DNA of 64,000 nt from an uncultured Chloroflexia bacterium (lineage in GTDB: Bacteria; Chloroflexota; Anaerolineae; CG2-30-64-16), in assembly GCA_963774265.1 (NCBI GenBank), contig CAVZDU010000001.1, forward strand, positions 1,184,001 to 1,248,000, read 5' to 3'. The notes below the pieces were generated by a model that was not told where the DNA came from, searched no databases, and saw only the letters and a list, made by a program, of their open reading frames with translations. How positions within the stretch are numbered: position 1 is the stretch's first letter; each line of letters begins with the position of its first letter. This document shows, in pieces, positions 56,307-64,000 of this stretch. The position numbers and the translations under genes are program-made.

Positions 56307-57447
56307 CTACGCCTTTTCGCCTTCGGGCTCGCCGAAGATGCCGCGTCGGCCGCACCAGCAGGACGAGGATCAGGATCGAGAAGGCTACGGCATCGCGCAT
56401 CGGCGTGGAGATGTAGCCCGATGTCAACGCCTCTGCCTGTCCCATGATCAACGCGCCCACGAATGCACCGGGGATGCTGCCGATGCCGCCCAGGACGGCG
56501 GCGACGAAGGCTTTCAGGCCCGGCAAGATGCCCATTTGCGAGGTGATCGACGGGTAGGCGATGGCGTAGAGCACGCCCGCCAGCCCGGCAAACGCCGCGC
56601 CGATGGCGAAGGTGAAGGAGATCACGCCGTCGACGTTGATGCCCATGAGCCGTGCTGTCGGTTTATCAAACGACGACGCCCGCATCGCTTTGCCGATCTT
56701 CGTCCGCCGTACAAGGAACTGGAGCACCACTTGCATCAGGACCGACGCAAGGAGAATGATGATGAAAATGTTGGAGATGGTGATCGCGCTGTCTGGAACA
56801 GCCTGCCCAGAGCGAATTTGCTGAATTCCTCCCACGCTGATGGACCAGGTGATTACGTCAAACAGGCGCTGATAGGGTATGAAACGGGGGGAGAAGACGA
56901 AGTCCAGCGCCCCGAAGTATTCCAGGAAGAATGAGACGCCGATTGCGGTGATCAGCGCGGCGATGCGTGGTGCGTCGCGCAGCGGCTTGTACGCCACCCG
57001 TTCGATGGTGACAGCCAGAATCGCACAGATGACCATGGACAGCAGGATGACGCTGAGTGAGCCGATCAGGACCACGAGCCAGGCGGGCATACCAGGGAAC
57101 ACCGCAGCAGGCCACGCAGCCAGCCCAAACCGCGACACGGCAAAGTAGCTGACAAAGGCTCCGACCATGAACACGTCACCGTGGGCAAAGTTGATGAGCT
57201 TGACGATGCCGTAGACCATGGTATAGCCGAGGGCGATCAGCGCGTAGACGAAGCCCAACTGCAGCCCATTCAAAACCTGCTGCAGAAACAGGATCGGGTT
57301 GGCGATCAGCGCTCGGCCCAGGACGAGCACGGCAAGAAGCGCCAGGAGAATGAGAAATCCCTGGCCAATCCATGCCAGCTTTGCGCCTGGGCGGCTCACC
57401 GCCACCGCGGACCGCTGAGCGGTTGATGCTTGTTGCATGGGGTACAC
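56307..57447 (-). CDS. livH: Branched-chain amino-acid ABC permease LivH (frameshift near the C-terminus)
   Basis: YALIALGYTMVYG..INFAHG, GKAMRA, LKAFVAAVLGGIGSIPGA; shifted frame ends GIFGEPEGEKA*. Confidence 0.92.
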
Positions 57448-57641
57448 CTTGCTCAGAAGGATGTGAGCTCGGGCTCACCGGCGGGCCGGAAAGCTCGCGG
57501 CAGATTAAGGTAAGGAGGGCGACGTGGCGCCGCCCTCCTTACCGAGAGTTACCAGATCATGCCCCGTCCACCCGCTCTGTGCTCAGACCGGGCAGCGGCG
57601 AAACCGAAACGGCCACGATTCGACGGGGCATTACAGCGCCC

Positions 57642-58809
57642 TTACGGGTTCACGACGGAATTGAACTTAATGCCCTCAGCGGTCACGGCCAGGATGGTGG
57701 CCGACTTCACCGGGTTGTGCTGCGCGTCGTAGGTGACCTTGCCGGAGACGCCGTTCGAACTTGATCTTTGGCCATGGCATCCTTCACCTTGGCGGCATCG
57801 TCCGCGCCGGCTTCTTTGATGCCTTGCAGCAGGATGTTGGTGGCGTCGTAGGCCAGGGCGGCCAACGCATCCGGAACCGCGCCCTTGCCAGAGCTGTCCT
57901 TGTACTTGGCGCTGAAATTCTTCAGGAAAGCCACAGCTTCGGGAGCCGTGGAGTCCTTCGGCGAGTAGTGGTTGGTGAAGTACCCGCCGGCCGCGGCCTT
58001 CAGGTCCAGGTCCGACGAGTCCCAGCCATCGCCGCCGACGAACGGGGCGGTGATGCCCTTCTCCTTGGCCTGCTTGGTCACCAGGTTGACGATGTTGTAG
58101 TAGTCGGGCAGGTAGACCACGTCAGGCTTGGCGTCGGCGACCTTCGCCAGGATGGCGGAGAAATCGGTGTCCTTGGCGGTGTAGCTTTCCTTGCCCACGA
58201 TCGTGCCGCCGCCCGCGGTGAAGGCCTTCTCGAAGAATTCGGCCAGGCCCTTGACGTAGTCGTTCGCCTGGTCGAGCATGATGAACGCGGTCTTGGCCTT
58301 CAGGTTCACCAGGGCGAAGTTGGCGCCCACCGTGCCCTGGAACGGGTCGATGAAGCAGGCGCGGAAGATGAAGTCCTTGGTCTTGCCGTCCTTGGTCAAC
58401 CGTCACGTCCGGGTTGGTCGAGGTGGGGCTGATCTGGATGCACCCCCTTGGCGTTTGCGATCTCGGAGATGGGGATGGAGGCCTTGGAGCAGACTTCGCC
58501 GATGATGTAGTGGACCTTGTCCTGGTCGATGACCTTGTTGGCGGCGTTGACCGCCGGGTCAGGGGTGCATTGGCTGTCTTCGACGATGGGCACGATCTTC
58601 TTGCCCAACACACCGCCCTTTGCGTTCCATTCGTCGATGGCCAGCAGTGCGCCATCGCGGGTCATGACGCCGAAGGTCGGCACGGGGCCCGATAGCGGGG
58701 CCAGCACGGCAACTTTGATCTCGCCGCCGGCAGTGCCTGCCGCGCCGCCACAAGACGACAAGACCATGGCCAGGATGGCCAGGACGCCTAGGATTCGAAA
58801 AGCACGCAT
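57642..58809 (-). CDS. Branched-chain amino-acid ABC substrate-binding lipoprotein (LivJ/K-type; frameshifted)
   Basis: Lipobox LSSC, APLSG, N.KGGVLGK, FRACFIDPFQG, DFSAIL, GGDGWD, GVSGKVTYD. Confidence 0.9.
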
Positions 58810-59053
58810 TGAACTTCTCCTCCAGAAAGTATAGTTTTGGCAACAGGGATGACGGATGTTCGCACCTACTGATTGTCTTTCAGGACTTGTGTACCTCCTT
58901 AATTCACCCGGGCACTGCGAAGAATGCGCCCACCAGACCGTCTTGACCGCTCTTGCAGTGAGCGCTCAAGTCGACGTCGCTGTCCAACGACCTGGCCGGC
59001 TCGCATTTCGGGGTCTTATTGAGGATCGTAAGGCTTATGTAAGCCACGGGGCG

Positions 59054-59115
59054 ATTATAGCTTGAGACTCGCTGAAATGTCAAGGGTTGACAAGGCTGCA
59101 ACGGATGTCTATAAT
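59054..59115. promoter_or_regulatory. Back-to-back consensus sigma70 promoters (liv operon and divergent gene)
   Basis: Minus strand: TTGACA (59078-59083)-18 bp-TATAAT (59054-59059). Plus strand: TTGACA (59087-59092)-17 bp-TATAAT (59110-59115). Confidence 0.8.
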
Positions 59116-59171
59116 CTCCACACAATCCTCGTAGGATGTCTATTCTTCAGTAAGAAGGAGCCCGCAAACGC

Positions 59172-59570
59172 ATGCGTCGCAGCTTCCTCACCCAGCCGCC
59201 CGTGATTATTGCTATTTTGATCCTGCAATTGATCCCGCTGTTTCTGTTTCCGGCCAAGTCGTTTTCACCCACCGGCCAGGAGTGGTGGTTGCCGATACTC
59301 CTGGTGGTGATGGTGCTTGTCGCTGACTTTCAGATCATCTTCCGCCGCAGCCCATCGGTTGGTCCGTGGCTGCTCATCGGCTTTGCCCAGGGCTTCAACA
59401 TCATCAGCCGGCTGATGATGGTCTGGCCCAATGCCACCATCGTCAGTGAAACAGGCACGGCGGTCAACTGGACTTACTTGCTTCTGACGATCATTTCGAT
59501 GGCGATATCTGCCTGGCTTCTCATGTACACGGAGAAACCGGCCACGCGGCGAGGGCCTCTTGCACGGTTA
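59172..59570 (+). CDS. Hypothetical 4-TM membrane protein (end approximate; probable frameshift near 59550)
   Basis: SD AAGGAG, own promoter, four hydrophobic segments; the longer ORF tail overlaps the convergent gene. Confidence 0.7.
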
Positions 59571-59574
59571 GCGC

Positions 59575-60024
59575 TTATGGTTCAGGAAGGGCCGGCGGGG
59601 TCGCGCTGTCGGGTCCTTCCACGCGGATCTGCTCACCTGCCGCAGGGCGCGTCGACGCAAACGGGTCGCCTGACTCGCCGCCCTGCATCACCAGCTCGCC
59701 GTGGAAGTGGGCGCCTTCGTCCAGTAAGAACGACTGAACGTTGATGATGCCCCACAGCCGGCCGCCTTCCAACAGTTCAACCCGGTCCGCCGTGATGTTG
59801 CCCTTGAACGCGCCCGCCACCGATACGGTCTTCGCCTTAATGTCGGCTATCACCCGCGCACCATCGGTGATCAGCACATTGCCCAGCGTTTCGATCGTTC
59901 CACCTTCGACCGCACCGTCCAGGCGCACGCTGCCTTCACACCGCAGCCGGCCATCGAAGGTCGCGCGGGGGCCGATAACTACGTCAATCTGATCCGGCGC
60001 AGGCCGGGAATCACGTCTGAACAC
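59575..60024 (-). CDS. Bactofilin (polymer-forming cytoskeletal protein)
   Basis: IGPRATFDGRL...VRLDG.VEG...V.I...ARV.ADI.A..V.V.G..KGNI.A..VEL. Confidence 0.9.
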   Translation of the reverse strand: MFRRDSRPAPDQIDVVIGPRATFDGRLRCEGSVRLDGAVEGGTIETLGNVLITDGARVIADIKAKTVSVAGAFKGNITADRVELLEGGRLWGIINVQSFLLDEGAHFHGELVMQGGESGDPFASTRPAAGEQIRVEGPDSATPPALPEP

Positions 60025-60041
60025 TGTTCTTCTCCGAAGTC

Positions 60042-60548
60042 TTAAGGTTGGGCCTTCGCCTTTTCGATGGCCTGTTTCTCTTCGTCTGTCAGGGGATAGA
60101 CGGAGTCCCAACTGACGAGCGGTTTGCCATAGACACGTGTGACATCACGGCTATGCAAGCTGCTCATCACGAAACCGTTGCCTTCCTGGTCTGTGAGGGC
60201 GAGCGCGAAGCTCTGATCTCCGCCCGCGTCGCGGAAAGGGTTGAAGCGCAGGAAACCCAGACGCTGGATGTGCCGCTTACCGGTGCGCTCGAGCCCGCGT
60301 GCCAGGGTGTCGAGCTCCTGGACCCGGTCTTGCGCCGCGCGTAACTCCCACAGGTGTGCGTCGAGCACCTGTTGGAGGTTGCCGCCGTCGGCGCCGGTCG
60401 TGAGCGCACGGTAATGTTGTTCAACACGGTTGAGCCGAAGGGCGAGCCAGCCGGCCAGCCCAAGGGCCACCAACGCGATCAACGTCAACGTTACGACGAT
60501 CCACCCGATATTGATCGCGACCCAACCACCTAAACCCGCTCCCTGCAT
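60042..60548 (-). CDS. DUF4446-like membrane-anchored protein
   Basis: N-terminal TM; RFNPF.D.GGDQSFALAL....GFVMSSLHSR..TRVYGK....LTDEE. Confidence 0.8.
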   Translation of the reverse strand: MQGAGLGGWVAINIGWIVVTLTLIALVALGLAGWLALRLNRVEQHYRALTTGADGGNLQQVLDAHLWELRAAQDRVQELDTLARGLERTGKRHIQRLGFLRFNPFRDAGGDQSFALALTDQEGNGFVMSSLHSRDVTRVYGKPLVSWDSVYPLTDEEKQAIEKAKAQP

Positions 60549-60549
60549 C

Positions 60550-61530
60550 CTACACCTTTGCCTCGTGCATCAGGCTGCTGATGGACTGACCGACGTGAAT
60601 GCGGCCAATGACCTCAGCCAGCAATGGCGCTACCGACACCACCGTGATTTTTGGATGGTTGAGCACCACAGGCGGCTGGCAAATGGTGTCTGAGATCACC
60701 AATCCCGCGATGCGCGGGTCTTCCAGCCGTTGAAGCGCCGAATCCAGCAGGACGCCGTGGGTGATCGCCAGGAAGACCTCCTCCCGCGCACCTGCGGCGA
60801 ACAATGCATCAACCTCCTGGAGGATGCTGCCGCCTGCGATAACATCGTCGATCAAGATCGGAATCTTGCCTTCGATGTCGCCCACGACGTGTGAGACGTC
60901 TACTTTGCTCGAGCCTTCACGGCGCTTGTGCATGACGACAAGCGGCAGATTGAGCATCTCCGCGTAAAGACCGGCCAGCTTCGCCCGGCCGACATCGGGA
61001 GAGACGACCGCCGCGTCCGCGAATTCCGGCTTATGAAAATACTCCACCAGCACCGGCAGAGCGGTCAGGGGATCCACCGGGACGTCGAAGAAGCCTTGCG
61101 TTGCCGGTGCGTGTACGTCGAAATAGATGACGCGGCCCACCCCCATGCTTTGCAGCATGGTCGCAACGACCTTGGCGCTGATGGCCTCGCGGCCGTGCGC
61201 CATACGCTCCTGGCGGCCGTAAGGGTAATAGGGGATGACGGCGGTGATTTCGTGAGCCGATGCGCGACGGAACGCGTCGATGTAAAGCATCAGCTCCATC
61301 AGGTTGTCGTTGACGGGGCGTGAGCATGGCTGGATGATGAATACATCCTGGTCGCGCACGGCCTCGTCGATGATGACGTGAATCTCAGAATCCCTCAGCC
61401 GGGTGGTCGTGCATTTCCCTAGCTGGATATCAAGGATGGAAGCGACCGATTCGGCGAGCGGCCGGTTCGCAGAGCCTGAGAAGATGCGTAACGGGTGATG
61501 TTGTCCCATGAGGTCCTCCGCAAGTCCCAT
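60550..61530 (-). CDS. prs: Ribose-phosphate pyrophosphokinase
   Basis: [48 protein letters not shown]. Confidence 0.93.
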   Translation of the reverse strand: MGLAEDLMGQHHPLRIFSGSANRPLAESVASILDIQLGKCTTTRLRDSEIHVIIDEAVRDQDVFIIQPCSRPVNDNLMELMLYIDAFRRASAHEITAVIPYYPYGRQERMAHGREAISAKVVATMLQSMGVGRVIYFDVHAPATQGFFDVPVDPLTALPVLVEYFHKPEFADAAVVSPDVGRAKLAGLYAEMLNLPLVVMHKRREGSSKVDVSHVVGDIEGKIPILIDDVIAGGSILQEVDALFAAGAREEVFLAITHGVLLDSALQRLEDPRIAGLVISDTICQPPVVLNHPKITVVSVAPLLAEVIGRIHVGQSISSLMHEAKV

Positions 61531-61653
61531 AATGGTGCCTTGCTGCTATTGGAGCCTCTATGATAGCATGAGGCTTTGTACGGACCAAACAAAGAACGTT
61601 ATTTTAGCATCCTGGGCGTCGACCTTTGAGATCGCGGTGAACAGGAGAGTGAC

Positions 61654-62304
61654 GTGCGGAAACTGCTGGTGGCAACCCATAACCAGGGCAAGGTGCGGGA
61701 ATATCGGGAGTTGCTGGCGGATCTTCCGCTGGAGGTAACTTACCTTGACCCCGAGGGCATCACGACGGAAGTGGAGGAAACGGGTGCGACGTTTGAGGAG
61801 AATGCCCGGTTGAAGGCGGTTGCGTATGCAGAGCTCAGCGGCTTCTGGACATGGGCCGATGATTCCGGCCTCGAAGTGGACGCACTGGCCGGCGCGCCAG
61901 GCGTCTACTCCGCACGTTACGCGGGCCCGCACGCGACCGACTCCGATCGCTACTGCAAGCTGCTTGACGCACTCGCAGGCGTGCCCTGGGATCAACGCAC
62001 GGCCCGTTTTCGTTGCGCTGTGGCGCTGGCGACGCCTGGAGGTGAGGTTCGCACGGTGGATGGCGCCTGCGAGGGCATTATCGCGTTCGGGCCTGCTGGC
62101 GGCAATGGCTTCGGGTACGACCCGGTGTTTTACTTCCCAGAGAATGACCAGACAATGGCGCAACTGCCGCCTGAGGTGAAGAACCAGGTCAGCCACAGGG
62201 GACGCGCGGCGCAAAACGCGCTGGCCTTGTTGGGGGACATGATTTTTGCCACAGAGGACACTGAGGGCACTGAGACGGGCAAGACGACCTTGCCCCCGCT
62301 CTGA
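61654..62304 (+). CDS. rdgB: XTP/dITP diphosphatase (Ham1 family)
   Basis: ATHNQGKVRE, ENARLKA, ADDSGLEVDAL.GAPGVYSARY, GFGYDPVF, KNQVSHRGRA. Confidence 0.96.
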   Translation: MRKLLVATHNQGKVREYRELLADLPLEVTYLDPEGITTEVEETGATFEENARLKAVAYAELSGFWTWADDSGLEVDALAGAPGVYSARYAGPHATDSDRYCKLLDALAGVPWDQRTARFRCAVALATPGGEVRTVDGACEGIIAFGPAGGNGFGYDPVFYFPENDQTMAQLPPEVKNQVSHRGRAAQNALALLGDMIFATEDTEGTETGKTTLPPL

Positions 62305-62325
62305 GGTCTCTGAGCTCTCTATGGC
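62248..62325. repeat. GCCACAGAG-family palindrome spanning two convergent stop codons
   Basis: GCCACAGAGGACACTGAG ... CTCTGAGCTCTCTATGGC. Confidence 0.6.
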
Positions 62326-63090
62326 TGCTGTAAGCGATCGAGGAACACGTTGATCTCGTTGGCGACTGTCCCGGGCTGTTCCAAGACGGCCATGTGGCCG
62401 GCACCGGGGATCACCATCAGCTGCGATCCACTGATCTGTTCGTGCAGGTACTGGCTGCTTTTGAGGGGCGTCATCACGTCCGCATCGCCGCAGATGATCG
62501 CGGTGGGTGTGGTGATGCGCGCCACGTCTTCCCGGCGGTCGAACGCGTCGCAGGCGACGAAGTCGGCGTGCAGCACCTCCGGCCGCACCTCGCGCAGCCG
62601 CCGCGCTCCCAAGCTCAGCAGGTTCGGGTCTGCTGACTCGCCGTACATCCATCTGACCAGCAGATCGGCTGTTCCTCTCTGATCGTTCTGGATGCCGGTT
62701 AAGATTCCGCGGCGCGACGTGCAACCGGGCGCCTGTGCTGATGAGCACCAATCCTGCCAACTGGCCCATATGGCGCAGCGAAAACTCCAGTGCAATCGCA
62801 CCGCCCATCGAATGGCCCACTAGTACGAACGGCGGCAACTCCTGACCTTCGGCCCACTCCCTCAGCGCGTCTGCGTAGGCAGCCACATCGGTGAGGGCGT
62901 CGCCGACCGAACTCCCGTGCCCCGGCAAGTCGAGCGCGTAGACGGTGCGTCCTGCCATCCGCCGCAAGCCGGTGGGCCACTGCATCAAGTCGCCTCCGGC
63001 GCCGTGCACCAGCACAAGTGGCGGCCCTTCCCTTTGTGCTCCTGGGGTGTAGAGCCTATGGTGAATTCTCGACTGCGGAGTGATCCTCAC
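62319..63090 (-). CDS. Alpha/beta hydrolase (frameshift near 62705)
   Basis: LVHGAGG, DLPGHG, GHSMGG (nucleophile), G..D..TP, GAGHM. Confidence 0.9.
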
Positions 63091-63581
63091 GCGTCTCCCC
63101 GCTCCAGATTCGCCAGCGCGGCCCTGATCTCATCATAGGCTTGTTCAAGCGTCTGCGGGATGACACGCGTGTCACCTAACACGGACATGAAGTTCGTGTC
63201 GCCGGTCCACCTGGGGACAACGTGCAGATGGACGTGGTCCTTCACTCCAGCACCGGCGACCCTGCCGATATTCGCCCCGATGTTGAATCCCTCCGGGTTC
63301 CAGGCGCAGCGCACCGCGGTCACCCCTGCTGCGAGCAACGCCATGACCTCGGTTATCTCTTCCGAGGTCAACAACTCTACAGTATCGACATGCCGATAGG
63401 GTACTGCCATGAAGTGGCCGTTGTTGTAGGGATAGCGGTTCATGACCAGGAAGGCGTGCTCTCCGCGACGAAGGATTAATGCGGCGCTGTCTTCCATCTC
63501 CAGCATTTCGCAGAAGATGCAGCCGTCGTGTTTGGTGCTGCGGATGTAGTCCATCCGCCAGGGCGTGAACAGGTGGTCCAT
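63087..63581 (-). CDS. HIT-family hydrolase (Ap4A phosphorylase-like)
   Basis: TPWRMDYI, CIFC, NRYPYNNGH, GFNIGAN.G..AGAG, HVHLHVVPRW.GDTNF. Confidence 0.93.
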   Translation of the reverse strand: MDHLFTPWRMDYIRSTKHDGCIFCEMLEMEDSAALILRRGEHAFLVMNRYPYNNGHFMAVPYRHVDTVELLTSEEITEVMALLAAGVTAVRCAWNPEGFNIGANIGRVAGAGVKDHVHLHVVPRWTGDTNFMSVLGDTRVIPQTLEQAYDEIRAALANLERGDA

Positions 63582-63712
63582 GCACGTTCCTTTGTTGTGA
63601 AGGATGATATTGCCACAGAGATCACACAGGGAACAGAGCGTAGTGTAGCATCGCGTCACGACGCACGTCAACCGCGAGATGCATCGGGGCATTCTGTGCT
63701 AAACTGGCTCGC

Positions 63713-64000
63713 ATGTCGGATTTGAGTGCTGAAACGATCTCGCGCTTCCTGACCACGCGGCGGTTGGGGCGGCCGACGCTGTTCTTCGAGCAGATTGGCT
63801 CCACGAACGACTTGGCGCACGAGCAAGCGCGCGGCGGCGCACCGGACGGGTTGCTGGTCGTGGCGGATGAACAGACTGGGGGTCGGGGACGCCTGGGCCG
63901 CACCTGGTGGGCGCCACCAGGAACATGCCTGCTGATGTCGTTGGTTCTTCGGCCTGCGCTGCCGTTGACACGCTCGGGGCAGCTCACCATGTGCCTCGGG
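63713..64000 (+). CDS. birA: Biotin-[acetyl-CoA carboxylase] ligase, 5' part (runs off the window)
   Basis: IGSTNDLA, VVADEQTGGRGRLGRTW.APPG..LLMS.VLRP; no N-terminal HTH. Confidence 0.92.
   Translation, partial: MSDLSAETISRFLTTRRLGRPTLFFEQIGSTNDLAHEQARGGAPDGLLVVADEQTGGRGRLGRTWWAPPGTCLLMSLVLRPALPLTRSGQLTMCLG

Noticed and set aside
55564-57447. 627-aa LivH extension or LivH-LivM fusion
   Set aside because: A frameshift near 56345; the proper LivH end and stop are at 56307 and LivM has its own SD and start.
58810-59050. T-box or leader-peptide attenuator in the liv leader
   Set aside because: I found no T-box consensus, no terminator and no Leu/Ile/Val-rich leader ORF.

Overview
High-GC bacterial chromosome segment, most likely Chloroflexota (Anaerolineae/Caldilineae-like; inferred from gene families and repeat style). 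Many single-base frameshifts in conserved genes suggest an imperfect long-read consensus. Core content: trpB2, a yvcK-GAF-gap-pgk-tpiA cluster, acs, a rex operon, glpK-glpA-glpB-guaB-glpC-panE, rubrerythrin, plsY, a liv ABC operon, prs, rdgB, HIT and birA. An accessory zone (about 27.8-32.8 kb) holds a complete IS481-like element with a 9-bp target duplication, a complete IS630 inserted at CTAG, a candidate antisense-sRNA locus split by that IS630, and a collapsed defence island (hsdM'::'pglX, intact fic, pglZ-like fragment). The most unusual feature is a hybrid ABC operon. Its single lipoprotein fuses a polar amino-acid binding domain to a circularly permuted peptide-binding (family 5) domain, and it sits upstream of DppB/DppC-type permeases, an amino-acid permease and only one ATPase. 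Other points of interest are several in-frame deletion scars (NSS transporter, probable hfsB, hsdM::pglX), an ExeM-like surface nuclease with an eroded active site, a GMP-reductase-like GuaB inside the glp operon, orphan Shine-Dalgarno elements in two long leaders, and four apparently leaderless genes. I saw no rRNA, tRNA or CRISPR array. All family assignments come from motif recognition, not database searches.
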